The notes beneath the pieces were generated by a model. It saw only the letters and a program-made list of their open reading frames with translations. It made no database searches and was not told the DNA's origin. This document shows, in pieces, positions 9,122 through 19,800 of a DNA stretch of 64,000 nucleotides. A program made the position numbers and the translations under genes. Numbering within the stretch: the stretch's first letter is position 1; every line of letters begins with the position of its first letter. The stretch is from Chryseobacterium gleum (lineage in GTDB: Bacteria; Bacteroidota; Bacteroidia; UBA10329), in assembly GCA_945903645.1 (NCBI GenBank), contig CAMDOM010000003.1:64507-128506 (forward strand), in the 5' to 3' direction.

Positions 9122-10483
9122 TTAACCGCACTCTTTTTCTACCAAGGTAAGACCCCCGCGAATAACCGCTTGAACAGGAGTCTTCGAGGTGCATACATAT
9201 TCGCAGAGGGCGAAATCCTCGTCATCCACCTCATAAATGCCTAAGTTTTCCATAGATTCAAAATCGCCTATCATTACGGCTTTCACCAAATGCTGAGGAT
9301 AAATGTCCATAGGAAATACGCTTTCATACTCTCCAGTAGTTACATAGGCTCTATGTTCACCGTTGGTATTGGTATCTAACCGATATTTTTTGCTTGGCAA
9401 TAACCACGAAAAATAGGTTCGACTTACAGAATGCTTGTTTAGACCAGCTCCGGCCCACCCGTCAGTAATAAAGAACTTTGGATGATTGCCTTCTGGAATC
9501 ACAGTTATAGTACAGTCAAAGAATCCCAAATGTCCTTCAGCTCCCACACTAGTACCAGTTAACACGTTGCCACTGATATAGCGCAAGTTTCCATCTTTCA
9601 CGTGTCCTTTGGTCAGGCTTGCAATTGGTGCTCCTTGAAGTACTTTGTAGTATTTCGGAGCAACCACTTCAGATCCTACTAAAGCTACAGTTCTACTTGC
9701 ATCATAATGTCCTGAAAGAAATGCTTTGCCAATTAGCGCCACATCTTGAGCAGCCACTGTCCAAACAACTTCTCCTTTATTTATGGGGCTTATATGGTGA
9801 ATTTGAACACCAACGTTACCGGATGGATGCGGGCCAGTTATCCGGTTAATTTGAACACCCTTCGCACCTTTCAAAACCTCAGATGTGGTGTGTTTACGGT
9901 GAAGCGTAAGGTGCACTTTACCTGAAGTCAACTTGCTTAATGCGTTCAGACCTGTCTGAAACTCTTTGTCTTTGCCATGAAGGACATAATCCAAATCAGC
10001 GGCAAGTGGAGCGCTGTCAAATCCTGAAATAAAGATTGCTTTTGGTTTATCCTCAGGACGTGCTGGAGTTCCATATGGACGTCTTTTAATAAATGCCAAT
10101 AAGCATTGGTCAATTATTCTTTTCAGAACGTCATCATTGCTCATTATGCTCGGATCAGCAGCGGGAAATTCAGCATAACGCGTTTCCTTGTCTGCAAGGA
10201 TTTTAACACCTAGAATGAGGCGTTTGTCTCCACGAACCACTTCAACCACTTCACCACTTACCGGAGATGCGATTTTTACATCTGGGAAATCTTTGCTAAA
10301 AAACAAAGGAGCACCAGCTTTAACTTCGTCACCTTGCTTCACCAACATTTTGGGAGTAAGATTTTTGAAGTCTGATGGTTTGATGAAGAATAGGTCTGAA
10401 CGCTCGGCTGACCCGGTCACTTTTTCGGCCTCTCCTAATAAAGGAATATCTAGACCTCGCTTAATACTGATGTCTTTTGACAT
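9122..10483 (-). CDS. nqrA: Na+-NQR subunit A
   Basis: A 453-aa soluble subunit, first gene of the operon, with the typical NqrA N-terminus MSKDISIKRGLDIPLLGEAE. Confidence 0.9.
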   Translation of the reverse strand: MSKDISIKRGLDIPLLGEAEKVTGSAERSDLFFIKPSDFKNLTPKMLVKQGDEVKAGAPLFFSKDFPDVKIASPVSGEVVEVVRGDKRLILGVKILADKETRYAEFPAADPSIMSNDDVLKRIIDQCLLAFIKRRPYGTPARPEDKPKAIFISGFDSAPLAADLDYVLHGKDKEFQTGLNALSKLTSGKVHLTLHRKHTTSEVLKGAKGVQINRITGPHPSGNVGVQIHHISPINKGEVVWTVAAQDVALIGKAFLSGHYDASRTVALVGSEVVAPKYYKVLQGAPIASLTKGHVKDGNLRYISGNVLTGTSVGAEGHLGFFDCTITVIPEGNHPKFFITDGWAGAGLNKHSVSRTYFSWLLPSKKYRLDTNTNGEHRAYVTTGEYESVFPMDIYPQHLVKAVMIGDFESMENLGIYEVDDEDFALCEYVCTSKTPVQAVIRGGLTLVEKECG

Positions 10484-10667
10484 AATTGGGATACGGGATT
10501 TCTATCTTGAAAAATCGCGGCAAATTTATACGAAAGCTTATAGCGCTTCGGACTATAATTCAATTAAGTCTAATTTAGAATGAATCTAAATAATGGGTGA
10601 TAATTGGAGATTGAAAGCACTTCGAAGAAATAACCTTTTACGTGGTTTGGCTTACCTTTGACCTTCA

Positions 10668-11972
10668 ATGAAAGTTATATTTTTTCAATGGTTTTTGACC
10701 GCAGTTATTCCGACAATAGGGTTTATAACTCAAGCTCAAGAGGATGATTATGTGGATGATGGTTTTGTGCGCTATGAGGACCGTGTTTACAATCCTAGTA
10801 TCCGAACGGTCCTGTTCCAAATAAACAATGTAAATCTAAGTTTGCCAGTAATCGGATTGAATGATGGGCAGCAACTGAACCTTCGTTTTGACGATTTGCG
10901 AGCGGAATACAGTGATTTATCATACACGGTGATTCACTGCGACAGAAATTGGCAACCGACAGATATTCCTGCAGCCGAATACATTAGTGGATTTCTTGAG
11001 GAGAATATCTCGAACTACAGGTTTTCCCTAAACACTACTACGAGTTACATCCATTATTCATTTTCATTTCCGAACCAAAACTTTAATCTGAAACTATCGG
11101 GTAACTATTTACTCTTAGTTTATCAAGATTTTGATCGACAGAAGCCAGTTATCACCCGTAGATTTAGGGTGTATGAGAAGTTGGTGGACATTGACGCCTC
11201 GGTGCGAATGCCTGTAGAGGTTGAAAAAAGGAGAACACACCATCAAATTAATATGAAAGTGCTTCATCCCAAGTTTGATATTCGGAATCCAATGGGCGAT
11301 ATCGCTGTTCATATCCAACAGAATTACCGTTGGGATAATATGAAAACGGACAGTAAGCCAATATTCATTCGGCCATCCGAGCTTGCGTATGACAATATGG
11401 GTGAAATTGTTTTTGAAGGAGGAAATGAGTTTCGATGGATTGACATTCGTAGCCTTCGGTATCAGCCATCTAATGTGAAAACCATTTGGCGTGACCAAGA
11501 TTCGTTGCTTACGCATGTTTTTTTAACAGACGATCTTCCCATTCGTAAGGGTAATTACGTGGCTAATTTGGACATGAATGGAGCCTATGCGATTGAATTT
11601 AGAGAAGGTAACTATCCCGATACCGAGTCAGATTATGCTATGGTTCATTTTCGATTGCTGTATGATGAACCTCCTATGAATGGTGGCATCTACATTTTTG
11701 GAGGATTAACGGATTGGATTATCAATCCCAAGTTTAGAATGGAATACAACTACAAGGCAAAAGCCTACGAAGCGAATATGCTTTTGAAGCAAGGCTATTA
11801 CAATTATCAGTACATGTTTCTGGAAGACGGGAAAACCGAGGGTAGCACAGAAATGATGGAAGCTTCGTTTTTAGCCGCTCGACAGATTTATACGTTTTAT
11901 GTATACCACAGACAGATGGGCACCCGCTACGACCGTCTCATTGGGCACGATATTATTGGTTCACAGAACTAA
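10668..11972 (+). CDS. Secreted conserved hypothetical protein; possibly DUF5103 / T9SS plug-like family (unverified)
   Basis: A signal peptide MKVIFFQWFLTAVIPTIGFITQAQ is followed by a 434-aa beta-rich protein with no catalytic motifs. The family assignment rests on size and composition only. Confidence 0.4.
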   Translation: MKVIFFQWFLTAVIPTIGFITQAQEDDYVDDGFVRYEDRVYNPSIRTVLFQINNVNLSLPVIGLNDGQQLNLRFDDLRAEYSDLSYTVIHCDRNWQPTDIPAAEYISGFLEENISNYRFSLNTTTSYIHYSFSFPNQNFNLKLSGNYLLLVYQDFDRQKPVITRRFRVYEKLVDIDASVRMPVEVEKRRTHHQINMKVLHPKFDIRNPMGDIAVHIQQNYRWDNMKTDSKPIFIRPSELAYDNMGEIVFEGGNEFRWIDIRSLRYQPSNVKTIWRDQDSLLTHVFLTDDLPIRKGNYVANLDMNGAYAIEFREGNYPDTESDYAMVHFRLLYDEPPMNGGIYIFGGLTDWIINPKFRMEYNYKAKAYEANMLLKQGYYNYQYMFLEDGKTEGSTEMMEASFLAARQIYTFYVYHRQMGTRYDRLIGHDIIGSQN

Positions 11973-12048
11973 GATTTCCTAGTCCTCACTTCTTTTCTTT
12001 CTTCGATTAACTTTGATGCCCCTTCAAAATAAAGTTGAAGCAGGTGTT

Positions 12049-14400
12049 ATGGTGCGTTTAATATTGTCCTGTATTCTAATCGGTTGTATTGCTCCAGTTC
12101 AATTGAGCGCGCAACAATTGGGACAAGCAATTCGCGGTACCGTAATAGACGAAGACACCCATGTGCCCTTAATAGGTGCTTCAGTAATTGTTTTGAATTC
12201 CTCACCACTTAAAGGTGCTACCACAGACGTTGAAGGAAGATTTTCCATTCCAGGCATTCCGGTAGGAAGGCATTCCTTACAAGTTCAGTATATGGGCTAT
12301 GAACCGCGAGTAGTATCCGAAATTAACTTGGGAAGTGCTCGCGAAGTTGTATTGGGAATCACCTTGATGGAATCCGCTCAAAAATTGGAAGAAGTTGTGG
12401 TGAAGGCCAATAATCAAGGGTCAGAGCCGAATAATGAAATGGCCGTGGTTAGCACGCGTTCATTCAGTTTAGAACAATCAGACCGATTTGCGGCCAGCAT
12501 TAACGATCCATCACGCATGGCGCTTTCGTTTGCTGGGGTCAATTTAACAAATGACATTAGCAATGAAATAGTGATTCGAGGTAATTCGCCACGAGGGTTG
12601 CTTTGGCGAATGGAAGGAATCGAAATTCCTGCACCCAATCACTTTAGTATTGATGGCGTAAATGCGGGAAACATCTCCATTTTGTCCAATAATTTATTGG
12701 ATCAAAGTGATTTTTCTACTGGGGCTTTTCCAGCGGAATATGGTAATGCGCTGTCAGGAGTTTATGATATTGGATTACGAAAGGGAAATGATCAAAAACG
12801 CCAATACACCGTTCAAATTGGATTTCTTGGCGTGGAGGCTTCTGCCGAAGGTCCGTTTGTAAAAGGGAAACGGTCGTCATATCTCATCAATTATCGTTAT
12901 TCAACGTTGGCGCTTTTCAAAGCAGCTGGCGCAAATCTGCAAGGTGATTTGTACACATCATTTCAAGATGTAAACATGAAACTAAACTTCCCAACCAAGA
13001 AAGCTGGGGTGTTTTCAGTATTTGCAATTGGCGGCTTAAGCAATGCCTATTTTGAACCACAAGCTGATAGCTCTAAATGGGCTGCTAACGGAGTTTGGGA
13101 TCAGGACAGAGTGCGACAAGACAACAAGATGAGCTTTTTGGTTTCGGGTGTCACTAACCGCTATATCATCAACGAGCGTAACTATGTTAGAAGTACATTA
13201 GCTTTTACTCATAATGGCAGCACCTTAATTCATAGCTACTTAACGGATAGTATGACGCTTGAAGAGTTTTGGAATTTGAATATTAATAATAATGCATTTC
13301 GCGCTGCCGTACAGTTCAATACCAAGCTAAATTCCAAGCATCATCTTCGTTACGGACTTAACTATGACCTGCTCAATTTCACCCTAAATGACCACAAATT
13401 GGTTTGGGAAGATTCATCTTTTGCAGCAAATGGAATTGGTCATTTCCCGCAAGTTTATTTTCAACATAAATTTAGGATTCTTGAAAATTTTACGTTAATA
13501 ACTGGGGTTAATGTTAGCTATTTTGATGTGAATCAAAGGATTTCGGTAGAGCCACGCTTTGGAATTAATTGGAAACCTCACCGAAGGCATTCGTTGGGAT
13601 TGGGGTTGGGTTTGCATAGTCGCCAAGAAAATTTGTCATTCTATCTCGTTCAAGCCTCGTTTACAAACGATTACATAAATAAGTCTCTCGACTTTAGCCG
13701 AGCATTTCATGCTGTACTGTCGTACGATTTAATTATTCTTCCTAGGTTAACCCTTAAGAATGAAATATACTTTCAGTACCTTTTTGCGGTCCCAGTAAAT
13801 GCGGAGAAACAAAATTCATATTCCTCACTCAATGATAATAATGCTTACCAAAGGAGAGCATTGAGCAACGAAGGAATTGGCATGAATTACGGGGCGGAAA
13901 TAACCATTGAAAAAGGCTTTTCGAAAAACTGGTATGCCATGTACACCTTATCGCTGTATGATTCGCGCTATCAAGGATCTGATAATATTTGGCGCAATAC
14001 CAAATACAATGGAAATTATATTACCAGCCTTACCGCAGGCAAAGATTTTCGAGTTGGCAAGGATAAGAAGCATGTCATTGGGTTGAATATGAAGCTGTTT
14101 TGGGCTGGTGGAAATCGTTATACGCCAATAAACGTTGAAGAATCCATTGCACTAGGTGAACAAGTTAGAGATGAAAATCGAACATATGAGCGGAAGGTCG
14201 AAGATTACTTTCGCTTAGATACTCGTATTCATTTCCGTCAAAACTTCAAGAAATTTGCTTGGGAGTTTTCAATAGACATTCAAAACACCACGAATAAAAA
14301 GAATGAGGTGAGTCGAAAGTTTAATCTAGAGACATTAACTGTGCAGAAGAAGTATCAGCAAGGTTTATTGCCCGTTGCCCGGTTAAGGTTGGAATTTTGA
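12049..14400 (+). CDS. TonB-dependent outer-membrane receptor with an N-terminal carboxypeptidase-regulatory-like domain
   Basis: Signal peptide MVRLILSCILIGCIAPVQLSAQQ, a CarbopepD_reg-like segment IRGTVIDEDTHVPLIGASVIVLNS, a plug, and a beta-barrel ending in the terminal aromatic ...RLRLEF. The track start TTG 12013 was moved to ATG 12049 (ATG 12016 is also possible). Confidence 0.8.
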   Translation: MVRLILSCILIGCIAPVQLSAQQLGQAIRGTVIDEDTHVPLIGASVIVLNSSPLKGATTDVEGRFSIPGIPVGRHSLQVQYMGYEPRVVSEINLGSAREVVLGITLMESAQKLEEVVVKANNQGSEPNNEMAVVSTRSFSLEQSDRFAASINDPSRMALSFAGVNLTNDISNEIVIRGNSPRGLLWRMEGIEIPAPNHFSIDGVNAGNISILSNNLLDQSDFSTGAFPAEYGNALSGVYDIGLRKGNDQKRQYTVQIGFLGVEASAEGPFVKGKRSSYLINYRYSTLALFKAAGANLQGDLYTSFQDVNMKLNFPTKKAGVFSVFAIGGLSNAYFEPQADSSKWAANGVWDQDRVRQDNKMSFLVSGVTNRYIINERNYVRSTLAFTHNGSTLIHSYLTDSMTLEEFWNLNINNNAFRAAVQFNTKLNSKHHLRYGLNYDLLNFTLNDHKLVWEDSSFAANGIGHFPQVYFQHKFRILENFTLITGVNVSYFDVNQRISVEPRFGINWKPHRRHSLGLGLGLHSRQENLSFYLVQASFTNDYINKSLDFSRAFHAVLSYDLIILPRLTLKNEIYFQYLFAVPVNAEKQNSYSSLNDNNAYQRRALSNEGIGMNYGAEITIEKGFSKNWYAMYTLSLYDSRYQGSDNIWRNTKYNGNYITSLTAGKDFRVGKDKKHVIGLNMKLFWAGGNRYTPINVEESIALGEQVRDENRTYERKVEDYFRLDTRIHFRQNFKKFAWEFSIDIQNTTNKKNEVSRKFNLETLTVQKKYQQGLLPVARLRLEF

Positions 14401-14499
14401 TTATTACAATTCCTGTTATACGAGTATTTTTGCGAAAGAATTCGATGAGTAACCGTTAAGTCTGGTAACTTTAATAGATTCAAGATAGTTTGTAGTAGC

Positions 14500-15570
14500 A
14501 TGAAGCATTTCAACCTCCTATTTTTATTTGTTGTTCTTTCTTTTTGCACTGTTTCCGGACAAAAGCGGTCTGTTACAGTAATTGAAAATAACGTGATGTT
14601 TAATTATACGATCACGCGATATGTGCCTGTTTGGGAAATTCAATCGGGCAAAAATGAACAAGAAGGATTGCTGTCGCAGCACAAACAGTTCTTTAAAGAA
14701 GCCACTAATACAGGGCTTCAATCGCTCAAAAACCTGTTGTATTCAAAAGCCTTAGTTCCTGATGATGTGAAGCGTATGGATGCTAAAGCCATGGAATCCT
14801 ATCTAGCTTCCAATCGGTTGGTTATACACTACCGGATTCAATACAAAGAGCACAGCATTTTCTTGGCGCATTTAAATAATAGTCCAGTTCGTTCTGTTAT
14901 TCCTTTTCGTATTGAGGGTAGCAAGTGGATTCTCGACCCTGAGTTTGCCAATACAGAGTTTTATGCGCTTCTTAGCAATCTTGAGTTTGACCCTTATATG
15001 GGTTTGAAAGAAGGTGTTGTAGTGTGTTCCTTTGGCTTTGAAGAAGTAGTTGATATGGAGCGTTTTTACGACTATTCGGGAAATCGAAACAATCTAGCTA
15101 TAAAATCAGCTACAATTATAGATGGCCGTTTTGGTGGAGCTTTGAAATTAAACGGAGCAGAAGTTGGGACAGCGTCTCTGAAAAATAATATGCCTTCGAA
15201 AGATAGGTTTAAGGTGGATTTTCATTTCCAAATCCCCAAAATGGTGTACAATACCGAAAAGATAAGAGGTGTTGTGAGTTTGGTAGGAAGCAACGAAAGT
15301 GCTTTGAAAGTGGAAGTAGTTGGAACCAAATTGCGTTTGTCTTATCCAGCCATAGCGGGTGTTCAGCGTTTAGAATGGAACTATACTCCCGAGTCGTGGG
15401 CCCACATTACGGTTGAAATCAACTCTAAGGGAGTTAGCGTTAGAGTCGATGATACTGTTGTAAGCTCTTCATCAGTTTTATCTACGCTTTCATTAGAAGG
15501 TGGAAAAGTCCAAATTGGAGCTGCCAATGGCGTAAAAGCCAATATGGACGAATTCCGCATCATCAAATAA
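14500..15570 (+). CDS. Secreted hypothetical protein with a C-terminal concanavalin-A/LamG-like domain
   Basis: Signal peptide MKHFNLLFLFVVLSFCTVSGQ. The C-terminal segment ends ...ANMDEFRIIK, as LamG-type lectin folds do. Confidence 0.45.
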   Translation: MKHFNLLFLFVVLSFCTVSGQKRSVTVIENNVMFNYTITRYVPVWEIQSGKNEQEGLLSQHKQFFKEATNTGLQSLKNLLYSKALVPDDVKRMDAKAMESYLASNRLVIHYRIQYKEHSIFLAHLNNSPVRSVIPFRIEGSKWILDPEFANTEFYALLSNLEFDPYMGLKEGVVVCSFGFEEVVDMERFYDYSGNRNNLAIKSATIIDGRFGGALKLNGAEVGTASLKNNMPSKDRFKVDFHFQIPKMVYNTEKIRGVVSLVGSNESALKVEVVGTKLRLSYPAIAGVQRLEWNYTPESWAHITVEINSKGVSVRVDDTVVSSSSVLSTLSLEGGKVQIGAANGVKANMDEFRIIK

Positions 15571-15649
15571 TAGTTCTTAAACCCTTCCGAAACATGCTGC
15601 GGCAAAATGTTTTGGAATTGCTATTTTTCGGATTCAAACTCCGAAACTT

Positions 15650-17935
15650 ATGGGCATGGAAATGACCGATTTAATTGCCGTAGCCTCACGGTTTGTAAAC
15701 AGCACAAGAAGTCATATTTTTCTTACGGGCAAAGCAGGAACGGGAAAAACAACCTTTCTGCACAACCTAGCGGCAAGCACCCACAAAAAACATGTAATTG
15801 TGGCTCCCACAGGTATTGCTGCGCTCAATGCTAAAGGTGTAACTATTCATTCTCAGTTTCTGCTACCATTGGGCACCTTTATTCCAGAGCGTGAAGCACC
15901 GTTGGATTTAGGAATGCAATCCAATTTCTATACGCAGCGCACATTGTCTGCGAAGCATCCATTAAACAAAATAAGAAGGCAAGTGCTTCGCAGTATCGAC
16001 CTCATTATTATTGATGAAGTCAGTATGTTGAGAGCAGATGTGCTCGATGCGATTGATTACAGAATGCGGTCGGTACGCAACAATTTTCAGCAAAGTTTTG
16101 GGGGTGTCCAAGTTTTGATGATTGGCGATCTGTATCAATTGCCACCAGTGGTAAAAGATGCCGAACGCGCCTGCATGAACCGTTATTACCGCAGTCCACA
16201 TTTTTTTGAAGCTAAAGCGCTACAACAAGATGGATTTGTATTTATCGAGTTAGACAAAATCTTTCGGCAGAAGAGTGATAAGTTCATAGGATTGCTCAAT
16301 AATCTGAGGAACAATACCGTCACAAAGGAAGATGTGGTTCTACTCAATGAGCGGTTTATGCCTGAAATGGAAGGCGATAAAGAGGAAATAATTACCATCA
16401 CTACCCACAACTATCGAGCGGAAGAATTGAACCAGAAAGCGTTGGCTAAACTTGCAAAGCCTTCTTTTTTCTTTAACGCACAATTGGAAGGCGAATTTCC
16501 GGAATCGGCATACCCAGTCCTTCAGACCATTGAATTGAAGGTGGGAGCGCAGATTATGTTTGTAAAGAATGACACCTCTGCTGGGGTCTATTTTAATGGG
16601 AAACTTGCTACGGTGGAATCCATTGATGACGATGGTGTAATGGTAAAGCTCGCTGGCTCAGGCATTCGTTTTTCCTTACGAAAAGAGGTTTGGGAAAACA
16701 AACGCTATACCACCAACGAGAAATCGAAAGAGCTAGAGGAAGAAGTGATTGGCACATTTTCGCAATATCCCATTCGGCTTGCGTGGGCAATCACGGTGCA
16801 CAAAAGCCAAGGGTTGACCTTTGAGCGGGCTATTATTGATGTGGGCCAAGCATTTGCGCCAGGTCAGGTTTATGTGGCATTATCACGGCTCACTTCGCTG
16901 GAAGGACTCATTTTGCGTACTCAAATTTCGCCCAATGTGGTATCTACCGATAATGAAGTGGTCGAATTTTCGAAGCGAAAAGACACACAGGGCGAACTCA
17001 TTCCCATTCTTAGACAGCGCCAAGCTGCCTTTGTAAATTCATTGCTGGAAACCACTTTTCAGTTTCAGGATTTAGTTAAGGAATTGGAACAAATTCAGCA
17101 GAAGCACCAAGTGGTGCAAGAATTTGACAATGCTGAAATGCGGAATACCTTGACCTCTTTGGTAAAACAGATGATTGCAGAAAGCGAAACCACAGCGCGT
17201 TTTAGGCAGCAATTAGCTTTTCTACTGCAAAGCAACGATGACGCAAAGCTTAGCGAACGTCTAATTAAGGGAACCGATTATTTTGAGGAGAAAGTAAAAG
17301 TTTGGGTGAAAGAATTGCTGCTACACATTACCGAAGTAAGTCAACTTTCCAAAATAAAAACCTATCAATCGGCACTTGAAGAGTTGGATTTAATGCTGAT
17401 GAAAAAATTGGAAGACCTGCAGAAGTCTGAGTCCATGGCACGCTGTATTTTGAGCGGGGCCGATATTTCTATCTCTCCTGAATTTGACCGTAAAAGAAAA
17501 CGGTTCAGAGAAACATTGCTAGAGGAAGTGACTCAAAAGGTGGCTGCAAATCCAAAGAACAGCGCTCGAAAAACGGGTAGAATTCGAAAGGCCAAGGATG
17601 TTTCTGCGGTTAAAAATCCAAAAGCGGAAAAAGGTGACACCTATCGTGAAACACACGAATTATTAAAAGAGGGATTAACGATTGCCCAAGTGGCCGAAAG
17701 GCGTGGTTTGCAAGTAACTACCATTGAAAGTCATGTGGCGCGATGCATAGCTGATGGCAAGGCAGATATTAGCAGTTTCCTGACGCCAAAGCAATTGGAT
17801 ACCGTTTTAACGGCAATCAAAAACTCTAGTGAAGCTTCTATCAAGGCAGTATTTGATGAGCTAAAAGGCAAATTTAGCTTTGGTCAAATCAGAATGGTCT
17901 TGGCAAGCAGTGCACGCGAAAAACAGGAAGAATAA
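15650..17935 (+). CDS. PIF1-family ATP-dependent DNA helicase with a C-terminal HTH/helicase-associated domain
   Basis: Walker A GKAGTGKTT, motif II DEVSML, the PIF1 signature DLYQLPPV, and motif V/VI TVHKSQGLTFE. It belongs to the conserved Bacteroidota PIF1-like family. Confidence 0.8.
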   Translation: MGMEMTDLIAVASRFVNSTRSHIFLTGKAGTGKTTFLHNLAASTHKKHVIVAPTGIAALNAKGVTIHSQFLLPLGTFIPEREAPLDLGMQSNFYTQRTLSAKHPLNKIRRQVLRSIDLIIIDEVSMLRADVLDAIDYRMRSVRNNFQQSFGGVQVLMIGDLYQLPPVVKDAERACMNRYYRSPHFFEAKALQQDGFVFIELDKIFRQKSDKFIGLLNNLRNNTVTKEDVVLLNERFMPEMEGDKEEIITITTHNYRAEELNQKALAKLAKPSFFFNAQLEGEFPESAYPVLQTIELKVGAQIMFVKNDTSAGVYFNGKLATVESIDDDGVMVKLAGSGIRFSLRKEVWENKRYTTNEKSKELEEEVIGTFSQYPIRLAWAITVHKSQGLTFERAIIDVGQAFAPGQVYVALSRLTSLEGLILRTQISPNVVSTDNEVVEFSKRKDTQGELIPILRQRQAAFVNSLLETTFQFQDLVKELEQIQQKHQVVQEFDNAEMRNTLTSLVKQMIAESETTARFRQQLAFLLQSNDDAKLSERLIKGTDYFEEKVKVWVKELLLHITEVSQLSKIKTYQSALEELDLMLMKKLEDLQKSESMARCILSGADISISPEFDRKRKRFRETLLEEVTQKVAANPKNSARKTGRIRKAKDVSAVKNPKAEKGDTYRETHELLKEGLTIAQVAERRGLQVTTIESHVARCIADGKADISSFLTPKQLDTVLTAIKNSSEASIKAVFDELKGKFSFGQIRMVLASSAREKQEE

Positions 17936-17964
17936 ACCAGATTTCGCGAAGTAGATTCCTTCGC

Positions 17965-19050
17965 TTAAGGAATAACCACGCGTTCAGTAGCTTTTAAACT
18001 TTCGCTCTGCAATTGGCATATGTAGGTTCCTGATGGTAGGCCAATCGCTCCCAAAACCAAAGTGTGTTGACCAGCTGATTGGATGCCATTCATTGCTGAA
18101 TGCACCAATTTGCCTCCCATATCAAATAGGTCAATTGCCACTATCTGAGATTGCGGAAGGGTGAATTTAAGTTGTGGAAGTCCAGCATCGTAAATAACGC
18201 GTAGTGCGGCAGGTGCTGAATTTCCTATGATTCCAACTGATGGATTCTCAAATCCTACAAACAACACTTGATTGCCGCCAGGAATAGCCAAGGTGTCCGT
18301 TTCGTTGGCATAGCAAATATCCGCTGGGCTACTGATGCCCGCCACTGTTATGATTTCTGACGAGCTGAAATCGTTGCTGTAGCGCGTAATGCGCGCTGGA
18401 CTCCAAGAGGCTACATACCAATTGCCCGCAGCATCGCGGTCAATTCCATCTATGTTGCCAAGTCCAGTTGCGGCAACAAGGGTGGTAACTGCATACGTGG
18501 TCAAATCCATTGCTTTGATAGGTGCATTGTTGGTTCCCCAATTCACAAATACAATGCGGTTGTTGGCACCGTCATACACAATGCCATTAGGCTTGTTGGT
18601 TTGGCCTAAATCATTTTGATCTGCAACCATTGTATATGTTGGGGATGACAGATTAGTAATGTCAATTTGGTAAATATCGTAGCCGTTAAAATCGCTTGCC
18701 CAAAGGCGATTACTTCCATCAGACCCAAGGCCATTAAGAAAAGAAGCGCCAGAAATATTCAAATCCATTACTTGCATGGCAGATGTTAGGTCGTAGCCTT
18801 TGATGCGTGTGCCCGTTATGGCAAAGAGCGTATTGCCTACTACCTCCATTCCGTAGTCGGCAGTTAGACCAGTACCAAAATAAGACAATGTGCCATTGGG
18901 AGCAATTTCCACTATTGACGTACCAGCTGACGATGCTAAATAGCGATTGTTAATGGGGTCGTATTCCACGCTTTCCACTCCAGAAAGGCTCTGAGCCGAA
19001 ATGGTTTGAAAACAAATGAGAAATAAAATGACTGAGTTAAGAATTTTCAT
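17965..19050 (-). CDS. Secreted beta-propeller (NHL/SMP-30-like) protein with a T9SS C-terminal sorting domain
   Basis: Signal peptide MKILNSVILFLICFQTISAQ and repeated beta-propeller blade motifs. The T9SS CTD is ...GTYICQLQSESLKATERVVIP. The track start TTG 19086 was moved to ATG 19050. Confidence 0.6.
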   Translation of the reverse strand: MKILNSVILFLICFQTISAQSLSGVESVEYDPINNRYLASSAGTSIVEIAPNGTLSYFGTGLTADYGMEVVGNTLFAITGTRIKGYDLTSAMQVMDLNISGASFLNGLGSDGSNRLWASDFNGYDIYQIDITNLSSPTYTMVADQNDLGQTNKPNGIVYDGANNRIVFVNWGTNNAPIKAMDLTTYAVTTLVAATGLGNIDGIDRDAAGNWYVASWSPARITRYSNDFSSSEIITVAGISSPADICYANETDTLAIPGGNQVLFVGFENPSVGIIGNSAPAALRVIYDAGLPQLKFTLPQSQIVAIDLFDMGGKLVHSAMNGIQSAGQHTLVLGAIGLPSGTYICQLQSESLKATERVVIP

Positions 19051-19168
19051 AACGATGATTAAATGATTCCGTGAAGTTAACTGCAAAGAAATACCTTATA
19101 GCATCATTTAAACCGACTAGATAATTCAAGTTTTCACGATTGGCGTTTCATTCTGACAAGCGCCAATT

Positions 19169-19792
19169 TCATTTGCGATAATACAAAGCACAGCCCAAAG
19201 GACGCGTTTCCGGAATTGAAACAGGCATACCCTGAAGACTTTCCTTTACGGCCTGATCTACATGCATTTTGGTAACCTTTTTTTGATCAGCCCCATTGTC
19301 GTCTATAGCCCCAGAATAAACTATTCTCCATTTATTGTTGTGTTTCCAAACAACATAAGCTTGGGGGTTATAGCTCGCTTTAAACGCTTTTCCAGTTGTC
19401 TGCCGAGAATCGTAGAGATATGGAAAATTAAAACCTGCGCTGCTCGACCGTTCTTGCATGTTCGCAAAACCTTCATCTCCATACACCACCGTGTCCATCG
19501 AATTGATGGCGAACACTGGAACTCCTAGGGGACTATATTTTGCATTCAGTTCATTGATACGTTTTGTGTAAAGTTTAGCAAACGGACAATGGTTACAAGT
19601 AAATATCACTATAAATCCTTTAGCCTTTGGATAGCTTTTTAGCGATATATATTTCCCATCTACATTTTTCAGATTAAAATCAGAAATAGTGATACCAACT
19701 GCAGAAGAAGGCTCAGTTTTTGAGCTTTTAAAAGTGAATGCGCTTAATGAAATTCCCGCAACGAGGAGCGCATTTATTCCCATAAGAAGCAT
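19169..19792 (-). CDS. Thioredoxin-fold thiol:disulfide oxidoreductase (AhpC/TSA/redoxin-like), secreted
   Basis: Signal peptide and the CxxC active site FTCNHCPF. The track start GTG 19804 was moved to ATG 19792. It sits immediately downstream of the multicopper oxidase on the same strand. Confidence 0.7.
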   Translation of the reverse strand: MLLMGINALLVAGISLSAFTFKSSKTEPSSAVGITISDFNLKNVDGKYISLKSYPKAKGFIVIFTCNHCPFAKLYTKRINELNAKYSPLGVPVFAINSMDTVVYGDEGFANMQERSSSAGFNFPYLYDSRQTTGKAFKASYNPQAYVVWKHNNKWRIVYSGAIDDNGADQKKVTKMHVDQAVKESLQGMPVSIPETRPLGCALYYRK

Positions 19793-19800
19793 TTGGCGGC

